A stretch of DNA of 64,000 nt from positions 1-64,000 of the forward strand of contig FLMG01001949.1 in NCBI GenBank assembly GCA_900088475.1, written 5' to 3'. A model generated the notes under the pieces. That model worked only from the letters and a program-made list of their open reading frames with translations. It did not search any database and had not been told where the DNA came from. This document shows positions 13,301 to 25,356 of the stretch, in pieces. Origin of the DNA: Hyphochytrium catenoides (lineage: Eukaryota > Protista > Hyphochytriomycota). Numbering within the stretch: the stretch's first letter is position 1; every line of letters begins with the position of its first letter. The position numbers and the translations under genes were made by a program.

Positions 13301-16300
13301 TGGGATTGCTTGGCCTCTGTTGACGCATTGCAGATGAGAGGACGGGTCAACCACATACAGAAATAGGAATCAGCATAAAAACTCGGTAAGATCTGCAAGG
13401 GCTGACTGAGGTGAACTCCTTGACTAGAAAAGATAGAACAGTTAAGGGATAGACCGTAAAGGTAGCCCTGTAAGCACTTACAGCTATTCTTGGTCCTGCG
13501 CGCCTCCAAAGTTGATAATCATTAACGTCTGCTGGCACTGGAGGTTGAGCCGCATCACTCGCCACCTCAATATTCAGCGTTTGCAGCACCTGGGAAGCAA
13601 TGTCTTCTTGCGATTGCTCCAGTGCCAGCGGGATTGAAAGAACCGAAGGTTGTTTAGGCGAGAATCCTGACTTGCTGTGGCTTTCTGTACTAGAGACTTG
13701 CTGAACAAGCTGCATCGCTGTGGCTCTGCTGGCCTGAGACGCTTGAAGGAGCTGCTTCAGGTCTGCTTTCTGCTTTGCGTTGGAGGCTAAAGCTTCCTCT
13801 ACCTCTCCCTTGGTTCTGCGAAGCTCCACTTCTTTCTCTCTTTGTATTGCATCTATCCTTTTGGCATTTGCATAGTTTTCTCTATCCTCTTCAGACATTG
13901 CTTCAACGGTTTGACTATCGAACTCCTGAAAGCCTGCAAGTGGGGGAATAGGTCAGCGCAACCAAAACTGAGCCGCGCAACGCAAACTCAAATCTCTGCA
14001 TATCGGATCAAGAGTCACGCGTAGATATTTCTCTTACCATTAGAACTCAAGGTGGATAGCTCGGTGTTTAGAGTGGCTAACCGTTGCTCCAGAGACACTT
14101 TCGCTACCTCACACCTGCCTGCCACATACTTCTCGTCTCCGTCAAGGGTGACGACCGTCAGATTCTGAAGACTGAGTGACAGCACTTCAAGGACGTGCGT
14201 TGAAGGTTCAAGATAAGAAGAGCTGATTTGGGATATTATAGCCCCGACACAATCTTCTTGCTTTTCCAGATGCCATCTCAGGACCGCCGCCGCAATTTCC
14301 TTGGACACCACACGAGCTTGTAGTGCTGCACCAGATGCTGATGAACGTGGAGGGGGCACAGGTTCAGTCTGGAGACATTGCATCAATTTGCTTCTTAAAG
14401 GATTTGTGGATTGTTCATCGCCTATCATCGCTATAACGGCATCGTCGAGGGACGCAAGGGCCATCCCCATCCTTTGAGAGAGCAGGCGAGCAACTTCGGA
14501 AACTTCTGAAGCCAAGGGCCCAATGATGACAACGTCTCTAGCGAGACCACGATCTCTTCGAGTGGCCGGATGCGGAGGAATGTATGCTCCTCTTTCATTG
14601 TAGCATCTCCGAGCATATTCTTTGCAGACGCAAGGCTGGATACCCTCTCCAGGCGTTCGGACAGGGAGGCGTAAACAATCGTCTGGACCGTAGCCAACCA
14701 TTTCTCGTAGCATTGTTTCCTCTTGAGCATACTGCTCGTCGAAGTCCAAGGAATAGATTTCCACTGGCCAATCGCTCTCGTTGATCAATGCCACACTCTT
14801 CCTACAGGGCCGACTGTATGGCAGAATGGCACCCATATCAAGCATCGGTGGATCAAAGCGAATTGATGAGAGTATTCCGTGGCCCTTCAATGTGAGGTTG
14901 GTCACCTTGGGGTTCTCATTGATCTTGATCGGGAGCTTAGCATTGTACGATCGCCCTTCAATGGGAACAAACTCAATCTTTACCGTTGTGCTCTCTCCTG
15001 GCTGCAGAGTGCCCTGCATTGGCTCCATTTGAAAGAAGGATAGGTCTTTTGCCTTAGACAGTGCCTTCTTGACTGCCCACTCAGACAAAACTGGTCCAGG
15101 ATTACTAAAATGCAGTGTGATGACACGGCAGTTGCCTACTAAGACCCGCTCGAAGTCTAACACCTCTTTGCTTACTTTCAGCTCCGGTACGCAGACATTT
15201 GCTTTCATTCTTACAACTACCACCGGACCATTCCGGATCTGCAGTGGAAGATCAACAGAAAGAGGCCCAACGCTCCTATTTTTGGATGCTGTGAACCAGG
15301 AGTGAAACTCCACAGTCTCTCCGTCAGGCAGCTTCACCACTTTCTCTGGCTCCAGGTTAAACCCCACAGCAACGCAGAGATTTTTGTCGAAATCTAAGGA
15401 GACAGGGCATCGACCTACGTTGGTCAAACGGAACTTCCTCAGCTTTTTGGAGCCCATCACGACATTGCCGAAGTCACAAGTGTATACACAAGAGACGAAG
15501 TCAGGAGCTTCCAATTTTCCGACGTCTCTTTCTTCCTTCTCAGGACGTGCTTTCACTTTGCTCGAGACTTTTGTCGAAGATAAACCTTCATCACCCTGCT
15601 GGGGGTTGTCTTCCTGTAAGAAGCAGCCACCGACGGATGGAATACAGCTGTTTTAGTAAGAACTTATTGCAGAAAGAGACACGACAGCTCCAGAGTTAGC
15701 GTATCCTTTGACAACAAAGAGACAGGGTAAGGTGAAGGCTCGCTGAAACAGGAGGTGGCTTCAAACAAGCGGAAGAGAGGAATGTCTGTTGTTACCTCAG
15801 GTGCCTCCCCCTCATCTTGCTCCTGCTCCTCGATTTCTACTGCTGCTTGTGGCTGCATACTCTTCCGTTCCTTCAAATAGTTGGCAAAGGCAAGACGAGT
15901 CGCTTCGGCCTCTATGTCAGAAGGAGTGGGCTCTCTCTTGAAGAGCCAAGGGACAGATTCCTTCTCCTGGTTAGTCTCTGCAGAAGGTAAAAGGAGCCAC
16001 GTGATGGTGTGAGATAGTTGCCTTCCCTTCTGCTTCCCTCAGTGCTTTCTGTCTCCTGCTTAGCTTTCTCTTACCCCTCTGCCTATTCTTAGGGGTTCTA
16101 TCCCCATCTCTCAACCTCCATTCGGCACTTTATCGTAACGGCTTCATCTCTCTTACCAGCTGTGCCTGGTGGGCCCATGGGACCTTTGCGAGGAGATTTC
16201 GATGGTCCTGTGCCCGTTCTAGAACTCGTGTAAGTACTCCGAGCAGTCCCTGATACCGTACGAGCAGTGGCCCCAACCTTGCCGGTAGGGCTGGAGGAAG

Positions 16301-19300
16301 CTGGCGGGCCAAGGAAACTATCTACAGCTATCTCTGGAGGAAATACAACGTCTTTCTGTCGTCGAAGATTCTCTTCCGCTTCCAAAAGAAGTTGGTCATA
16401 GGAATGTTTTGTGCTAAACTCTTCATCGCGAGGAAGAGAAAGGGAGATGGAAGCCGAGGTGCTAAGCCCTGCAATGCAGAACTCAAAAGGAGGGTAGTGA
16501 GCGATTTCCAGTATAATTTCCTCCATAATGCACTCTGGCCATCCTGGAGACAGCTTTACAGAGATACGCTGCTTCTCGTTGCCAAACACTTTTCCATGCT
16601 TGGGGGATATCTTGATCATGTCTGGCCGCGATAGAGCTTCAGTCCGGATATTGAAGGAAAAAGAAACTTTGCCAGTGTTAACAATGTAAAAGTCTCGCTC
16701 CTCTGTCCTGTCATAGAGAAGCTGGCCAAAGTCCAGGAAGTACTTGTCCAGCTTGAATGTGGTAGTGGACGCTTCTCCTACTAGACTCAATTCGTATTCT
16801 GGACCGCCCTTTGCCTCACAAACAACCTGTGCCTTGAACTTACGGTTCGCATGGCCGTAGTACGTCAGCTCGACATTCTGACTCTGGCCTGCGCGGATTA
16901 ACGACCTGATAGGCATGAGGTCGAACACCTGTTAAGATAGGAAGTATATTTTATTTGTTAGTTGGTTCACGAAAGGAGTTTGTACCCCACTCACGTCGCG
17001 TCCAGCCTTCAAATTTAAGACCAAAAGAGTAGTTATTAAGGTGTAGAAGGCTTAGGGAAGAAGGAGGGTACAAAGGAGCAAGGAGATACGTCTAGCTAGT
17101 GCTAAAGCTGAGCCGGATGAAAGAGAGAGGAAGGTATCGCTTACGGCTTCCATATTACCACCAGATCTCTTTCCGCACCTGATTAATAGGAATGTAAGGC
17201 TTGCTAGCAGTGGCCACAGAGCGGGCTTCTTCTTCATCCTCCAAGAAGGCCCAGGAGATCTCTGCATCTACCTTGGATGTATTGGTCACTTTCACTTGCA
17301 TGGCCTTCGACGTGTCGTTCAATATACAACCAAAGTCGATCTTCGTATACTCAAACTCTAAGTTGGGGAAACAAGTCTCCCCCCTCAGGTCTATGCTGTC
17401 TCTCTGGGGATGCTCTTGATAGACAATGGTAACTTTGCTATCGATAACTCGGCTTTGTTTATCCCCTTTGAACCCTGGGTCGAAGTCAACCGTCACAGCG
17501 GCGCTCTCTCCCGGGCGAAGTGAGCACTCGGTGGTCCCAATAGAGAAAGGAGCCTACATTGACGGTTAGCTTGACGCTCCCACCTGTTGCGTCTGTCTTT
17601 GTTGCGTCCCACGCCTCAAACCAACCCATTACGAGGCCCTTGGCCCTTCTGTTAGTCATCCTTTGTCTTTTCTCAATAGTTATTCTCAATCATCTGCGTA
17701 TATTTGTCTCTCTTTTCTTCTTATTCTCTCTCCTTTCTCTCTTCTCTCTCTCTCTCTCTCTCTCTGTCTCTTTTGTCCTCGTTCATCCTTGGTGGCCTCT
17801 ACAATCTTTCGTCAGTCTCACCTGCGCCCGGAGTGTGAAAGATAGCGGCAGCTCAGAGGAGTTAGTTAAGGTGAGTGGCTGGCTCTGGACCTTTGGAGCA
17901 GTGTCAGGACTATACACATAAATATATTCCAAGCGGCTCTTGGAGGGCTGCACGAGGGGGTTAATGAAATGCGCTCTCGCTGAGCAGGTGAAGGCAATCT
18001 TGCTAGCCTTTTCTTGCGGGACTTTGCTTTCGCAAACTAAAACGTTCTGGATGTCTCCGGGGGTCGGAGAGCAACCCCTAATTGTGAAGGTACAGGCTGT
18101 CATAGGCTTGAGCTCAATCGTTTCAGGAATGACCATGAAGATTGGCTCTTCTGGCACTTTCGCATCCTTCTCTTTCTTTTTGGTCTTGCCTTTGACTGGA
18201 TCCGACTTTTCTCTCTTCAGACCTTCGACCAATGTGTCTTTGAAGGTTTTGTTAACCCAGCTGACAATGTGGTTCCTCCTCCCCCTATTCTCCAGAAGAT
18301 ATTTCTTTTCGAACGTGCGGTTGGTTAGCTGGTGGCCGAAGTCAATGACGCTCAGATCCTCCTCACAGTGCAAGGTCGTGCCAACACCCTTGGCAGTCAA
18401 AGGGATAATAAGTGTCTCTCCTTCAGTCACTATGATGTGCAGACAGTCAGCGTGTGCCACCGTGTCATCGAGGTTGGCGAATAGGGTGAGCTCAAACGTC
18501 TCCCCTGGGAGGACCACGCCCTCTCGCAGATCAACTCTAAAGCGTGAGCGAGGATGCTTAACGAAGGTCTTGAATGGAGCAGGAATCAGTGTCGGGTTGA
18601 CAAGCTTCAAAATCTTTGGATGATCGGTCAAGCACTTTATATTGCCCCAGTTCGCCTCTTGATTGTCAAGCTTCAAATATGGGCCCTCACCCTTACAACT
18701 GAGATTTCCCGCAAGAGGTACATCAGCTCCCACAGCCCTTATATAGAAAGGCAGCCGCATGTTACCCAGCCGCTCACAGATGAGTCGTATGTCAAGCTTC
18801 GCCTTCGCATTGGCCGGAATAATACCCTTCCCTGGTAGGATCTCATAGCTGGCAACCACCTGGGTGGACTCATCCTGAGGGACCACTTCGTACTTGACAG
18901 GCAGAGGGGATTTGTTGACCAGAGTGACGGAACTAGTCACGGGATACCGCAGATAACAGCTGCCAAAGGGTACATCAGCTGCTTCTAGCTCCAGCTTAGG
19001 CGCTTGGCAATGTGCATGAATGGGGAGAGAGAGAAGATCTTCTCCTACTCCTTCTACATCGACGACCAAATAGTAATCGTACTTCTTGACACTGTTGGAG
19101 TTGAGAGTGAGCTTAATCTTCCCATACGATTTCGGCCCAATCTCCCCTTGTGTCGGAAAGATATGAAACTCTTTTCGGGTATGTTGTCCATCCTGCGGTA
19201 CCCGTAGCTTGTACTTGATCGGAATCTCGGAGGTGTTATGCAAAGTCACCTCTTGAGTCTGAGGAATGTCATAAGGAATGACTCCAAAGTCAATGCTATC

Positions 19301-21751
19301 GACATCAAAGGCGAATGTAGGGCCAACCACATGGCCCTTTATTCTCACGGTGGGGAGTTTGTCGGTTCCTTTCAAATTGACCTCAAACTTCTCGTTGAAT
19401 TCACCAAGAATATTGGAGTGGAAATAGATTTCCAGAGTCTCACTCTTTCCGCTGGGAAGAACTCCACTCGTTTTCCTGAAGCACGACCGATTAGCGAGAG
19501 GGAAAGACATCCATTGGATAAAAGGATGATGACAACTTATGATGCACCATGCAGAAGCAATCGAGAACTCTGAAACTCGCAAAGGCCTCACAGGTTTTGG
19601 GAGGCAAATTGACAAGCCAACGAATATGTTAGTTGAGAGTAGTCAGGGTCAGAGGAGGAGTGATAATCCGAAGAGCCGTATGTATCTGCTTACTTGAAGT
19701 GGAACTTGCTTCCAAACGTTGACGTATTGCCCAGCACCGTCCAGTGCGCCTCTATGTCCCCGTCGTTTTGTATGGGGATCTCGTACTTGCGATATGAGTT
19801 GATGAAGACGTCCCCCACGTCTAAACTGTCATATGGAAATGAGACCTTCGGACCAATTCCCTGACCCAACATCTGCAACTGGAGTCGGTCCTCTAATCCT
19901 GTCACCTCAAGATACGCCAATCCCTTGTAGGAGAACTCCAACTGTGGTCGAAAGGACATGGTGATCTGTAGGAGACGGCGTCAATGTAGTTACAAAGGAA
20001 CTCTACAGCTCCCAAAAGATCTCTAGAGACTAGGTAACACAGAAAGTCTCTAGAGATTAGGTGACGTAGATTATAGAAGATTAAAGAACTGGGCTAGTGA
20101 AGTGGGAAACTAAGCAGAGCAGACATCGTGGAAGGGTTAGGCACTCTGCTTACAGAGCTCTCACAATTCCTACCGTGATCTCTGATCGTGCCCAGATCTC
20201 TCCTGTCATCGGCTCAAGGGTGAAGCTATCATCAACAAAAAGCAGCTCGTCCTCTTCGACAGCAGTTCGCAAGGTCTAGGAGAACTCCTGGTCAATATTG
20301 CCAACGCCCCAAATCAAGGGAATACTGTCGAGCAATCTAATACTGACCTTATACTTCCGCCTAATAATCATCAGTTCATCCTCCAATTCATGACCATCAG
20401 TCGCCTCGGACCAATCCTGAGCCTCGACGTTTTGAATTTCAAGTGTTTTCAGCCGATCCAGCTCTTCAATGAGTCTGGAGAGTCGAGAGTCAGAAGATCA
20501 AAAGGTGAACCTAAAACGATGAAGACTTGACTACCTTTGTTTTTCCAGTTTCTCCTCAGCTGTGGTTCTGTACGTCTTCCAGGCAAACTTGACTGGCTCA
20601 TCACTCTGGTTGCAAATCTTGAACGTCTTCTTGGAAAGGAGTGAGATGAAAACGGGATCGGCTTCAATGAGAGACTCGTCGAGAGAAATAGGCAGGTTCA
20701 TCCCGCGGCCTCGAAGGTTGACAAGGCATTCATTGCGATCGTCATCGGTAATTATGAGTGCTCCGTGGGTCACTTCTGTAGAGCTAGGGGTGTAGTGTAG
20801 CTGCACCTGGATAGTGACCCCCACGTCCACCGATGCCGAATGGGGGAAGACGCGAACGCAGGGATCCATGCTGGTGAAGGTGAACTGTGAAGCTTTGTTT
20901 CCTACATTTCTGACCATAACGCACTTCGTCGTCTCCCTCTTGACGGGACAAGGGCCGAAGTTAATCTCATCCGGGAAGTTGAGGACGGCGAGTGGACCAG
21001 GGGCTTTAATAGGCACTACGAACTTTTCTCTTTCCGTGCAGAACACAAGGTCAAGGTGGTAAGGCTTCCTTTCCTTTGGTTTGAACTTGATGGTGTAGCT
21101 GACCTCCATTCCGGAGGCAATGCGGCCATCGCTACGTTCAGAAGCAAACTTTGGCGCTGATAAAGAGAAGTAAGGAGAGTCCGGGGGAATGACCTTGATT
21201 CTTCGCGCAGTCTGCAGAGGCGCACCCATGAATTTACAAGGTGAGAGGTTAGGAATAGGCACCAGCAAGAGGGAAAGAGCGACGACGTACAACATCGTTG
21301 TTCCGTAGGTAGAGGGTCTGCTCATATTCTCCGAACGGCTCATACTCTGCGAAGATCACCTCCGGCGGGCTTGGTTGAAATAGCGGTTCGTCCACATCCA
21401 CCACTGTTGATCTCAGTGCAGATTGTTCTGAGGATTTCACAAACTGAAAGAAGTACTAGATTAAACCCTTGGCTGTCGTGGAGAGATTTTGGCGTCAACT
21501 TTTGACTACCTCGATTATCGCTGGAGGAGGGTACTTGGCTGGCCGCTTCGGGCCTCTTATAAGTTCTTCGAGCCGTTCTGAAGGTGGCTGAGACAGTGGA
21601 GAGTGAGTTAAGGGCTGATAATGAAGCCAAAGAATGTGCATACACGTACAATTCTCTGCTTCGGAATGATTACTGTGGACTTGTCATACTTTGGATACTT
21701 TAGATGGCTTGGCAGGGGCTGCACCTGCGTCCTCCTATTGGCGGACGACAT
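4364..21751 (-). CDS. HYDIN: Hydin, axonemal central-pair protein, about 20 exons
   Basis: N-terminal LFQPSPPEVIFAEYEPFGEYEQTLYLRNND and DLVFCTEREKFVVPIKA, many tandem ASH/Ig-like repeats (..DFG....G......L.N), a degenerate ADK-like segment VVIIGPLAS, and C-terminal FRNVF...PWVFYLKG. The introns I traced are all GT-AG and keep frame. ATG at 21749-21751 (MSSANRRTQ) is inferred. Confidence 0.95.
4748..4806. other. Assembly gap in the 3' coding region of hydin (apparent frame change)
   Basis: Run of N with hydin-like reading frames on both sides. Confidence 0.9.
8277..8406. repeat. (CT)n microsatellite with an N-gap (8292-8340) in a hydin intron
   Basis: ctct tracts flank the gap. Confidence 0.9.
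17706..17770. repeat. (CT)n microsatellite in a hydin intron
   Basis: CT-rich tract, pure at about 17744-17765. Confidence 0.85.
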
Positions 21752-22627
21752 ACCTAGTTTCCCCTGGCTGACACGAGGAAGGATGGCAGCCCAGAGGATC
21801 GTTAGAGCCTCAGCCCCAGGTCCTTCAACCCTTACGAATACTGATGTGGTGTCTCATAGGAACATCATAACCCTTGTGTGCCTCTGATGACCCCGCCCGA
21901 TTGCCGCTCGAGTCATTGAGTAGCGTTGACGCCAGGCTCTGGTCATGACATGCACATTGAAGCTTGCTCTTGCCCTGATCCTTGTGGAGGAGCAAGCGGC
22001 TCTCCCTTCTTATAGCGTCTGGGCTTCATACAGCTCTTCATACACTTGCCTTCTTGTCGGTGACTTGTTGTCAAGCAGCAGCAGTTCCCATGCTATCATT
22101 CGCGTCGCTTCGTTTTCTAACATCAAATATCCGCAATTGGCTCTTTCAGTTCCCCCTGATTTGCTGCGCTCGGCGCAAGACGACTTTCGGACTTAGCGCA
22201 GTAACGACCACACTTCCCTGAAACATTCACCGGGAATCAATTAGATTATTTATTACTTTTCAAGGAGAAAATGCACTAGATTTCAATCTATTTCCTCAGA
22301 TGAAGAATACAGCGAAAAGCTGGAGTACGGTAACGGCTTTAGCTTTCTCTTCATATCGCTCAAGCTCAGCCATCACTCATGAACTCATGAAGCCGTGATC
22401 CGCCGCCGTCACGCCATCGCACTTCTGAAGCAGTTCCAATATCTGCATGGCACCCTGCGTACCCTGTCGCTTCTGTCCCTGCTCGCTTAAGAAGTTATCG
22501 AGAAGGGGCACCACAGTTGTTGAGTGTCTCCTTATCCTAATTGGACTAGGATAATGCTCATGTAAGATACTCAGACAAGAAACCTCACAAGATAGCACCG
22601 CTCTACCCACAGAAATGTAAGAGAGAG

Positions 22628-24980
22628 ATGGACCTAAGGACGGTGTCTACACTCCCTAATGACCCAGAGACTGTGTCCCAGGAGGAGGATTCCTTCACTG
22701 ACAGTCAAAAATGTTCCCCGAAAAAGAAGCTAGTGGATGCCAAACACTTAGCTGAGGTTCTGCTGCGGGACGCCGGTGACGTAAGCGAGACTAACGTGGT
22801 CTCGAGCAATGGAGGGATTCGCTGCCCTACATGCGGAATATCTCATCCAAACCCTGCATTGTCCCATGCATACCGCTATTGCCAATATTGTAAGCGCGTC
22901 TTACGTGAGCCACGGGACCTTCAACTCGGCCTCGCAGAAGAAGCTGGGACAGTTGTCTCCCTACAGCTCTTAATTGCAACGTATGGACACCCCGTCGACG
23001 CCAGCAAAGCCATTGATGTGACTGAGAAGCTTCGATCTCTTATCGAAGGAACGCAGCCTCATACTTTCCTCGTCCTCAGAGCAACTCAAGACCTCCGCCT
23101 GCTCTTTGGTGACCCTTGTCCTGGAAGTGTCAAAGTAAGAAGGAAGGTCTTCTACTCTTTGGTTCCATAATTGTTCTAATTATTCAGTATCTATCGGGGA
23201 CAGACTTTAAGAGTGCGCTATCGCATGTGTGGAAGGAGGAGTGAGGCCAAGGCCAACGAGGGTTTAGAAGGCTTTCTCTTCCGAGACCTAGTCATCCAAG
23301 TACCTCACTCACAGCCCAAACTGGTCATTTACTCTGCCACGTACGGTCATCCCAATGGGGCGTCGAACGGACGAGGAATATTTGACGTGACTGAGTTCAT
23401 TCAAGGGCTGGTGGACGCCAATGGGGGTGAGTTTCTGGAGTTAGATCGGACCGTCAATTTGGATGAGCTATTTGGTAACCCCTGCCCCGGCCTCCAGAAG
23501 GTGTTCAACATAGAGTACGAGATCTTGGGTCGGTCAGGTAAGATGACGCAGATGAAAGTGTGGAAGCCTAGTATTAGACGAAGAACAAATAGTGAGCTGG
23601 TAGCATATTCATGCATAGACATAGCAAACCGCTTTGGAAGGGGATAGCTCTCCAAAAGAAATCGTAGACCGTAAGCAACGCGTGGACAAGAGTGCAGTGA
23701 AAGGTAACTTGGTGGCGCCACGCTAACCCAGTTTCTGCAGGCGAAGCCAAACAATATGAGGCTCATGGGCACCTCATCGAACCCATTGACATACAAGCAA
23801 CCCCCACTGTTGCACCCCTTCTGATCGTACTGTCAGCCACGTATGGGTTCACCAACGATATAATCAGAGATCGAGTGCAAGTGCTGAAGAAGCAGCTGTA
23901 CCAAGTACAGCTTCTGCAAGAAAAGAAGGACTCAGGAAGGGCCATTACCCTGGAGCAAAATCAGAGAATCCGAACCCGACCAACACTAGAGAAGGAGATG
24001 GAGATGCTGCTGGGTGCTAAAACAGCATTCATTGACGTACGAGATAAGCTGCAAGAGAGAGTTGACTCGACTGGAGGGCATGAGCTCTCGATACCCACCG
24101 ATGAAGACTTGAACAGCTGGTTTGGAGACCCACAACCAGGAGTTGAGCGAACTCTAAAGATTGATTACCACATCCGAGGACTCGGTAAGGTTTGCACACC
24201 AGGACGAGGAGGAGTGTTCTATTTAGATGTACCTCTCTTTCGGGGAATAAGATAGATGGCAGTTCTGCGCTCGTCTTATTCTTATCGCTCATTGCGCTAA
24301 GCTCTTCATACTACCGCAGGCGGAACTGGGGAATCTAGTGAGATGACCAAGAGTGGTCAGCAGAAGAACTATGTCATACAGCACAAGGGCTCGCTAGTAG
24401 AGAAAGTGAGCTGGAATGGACAGCTCTTGAAGCCAGTAAGGGTGGTTGCCCGCAAGGTACATCTACCAGTGCTCCGTGCTTCTCATGATCCTTCTTTCTC
24501 TTCTCACGAACCGTCATCTCCAGGTGTTACCTATCCTGCAAGTCAACCACGCAACCTACGGTCACCCGAACAATCATTCCAAGGTATTCGATGTTACGGA
24601 TGTGGCATGCAACATTGTGCAGAAGCTTGGAGGAAATCGTTTCTTGCTTTCCAAGGAAGAAGATTTACAATCCTTATTTATGGATCCTTGTAAAGGAGTT
24701 CGAAAACTCTTGCACGTCAGGTGGGTTGTGGAGCGGTCTCGGCCATGCTGACTGCAAAAAGACGCAGGCCATGTGCTTGTGATAGGTCCTAACTACTTCT
24801 TCTAGGTATGACGTGCGAGGGCTCTCTGGCCTGATGCGTATGGAAGAAAAGGATGGCTTTCTAATTGGGGTCGTAAGATTGGGATATAAACCAAGTCAGA
24901 ACGCTGAGAGAGACCCACAGGAACCCCACAAGAATCTGGACCAAACCTGTTCCAGTCACGAATCCCAGGTGGTACATTAA
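22628..24980 (+). CDS. Uncharacterised protein: CxxC..CxxC zinc ribbon plus four DUF3395 (DnaJC11 C-terminal)/SUEL-like beta-sandwich repeats
   Basis: Four copies of ATYG...(I/F)DV(T/R)...L..(L/W)F.(D/N)P.(P/K)G..K.L.(V/I).Y across spliced exons; CPTC...CQYC near the N-terminus; last exon ends at TAA 24978-24980. The frame stays open upstream to an acceptor at 22549, so the true start may lie further 5'. Confidence 0.8.
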
Positions 24981-25356
24981 TGTCAAGCTTTGGGGTGGGA
25001 AGAATGAACGGAACTTTGTGAACGCACCCAAGAAACGCCATTCTGGGAAAGAAGACAACTTCGACTCAAAGAGAAGCGACAGCTTTGTTAAGAATCGAGG
25101 CCAAGCGCTTTGTACCCGCTCGAGACCTCGCAGATTCAGTTCTCCAACCTGCTGGAAGGAAGGTGGTGTCGACTATTTCTATTTAAATATTATTGGGGAG
25201 TGGACTCTGCAGTCAAGCTCTCCTAGGCATCACCGTTCATTACCAACTAAATAGAGAAACAGAGCGAATGGTGAGATGCCTTCACGCCATAGCCGGCGAA
25301 AGGATGTAAACAAGACAATCTGAGAGAGGCTTTCACTCTCTCAGCTCAGTATAAGC

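Noticed and set aside
17940-18623. Long antisense ORFs over hydin (e.g. 227 aa) and over other genes
   Set aside because: Shadow frames of genuine coding exons with no recognisable motifs.
4364-21751. Non-canonical splice sites or introner-like repeated introns
   Set aside because: Every boundary I traced is GT-AG, and by eye the introns share no sequence similarity.
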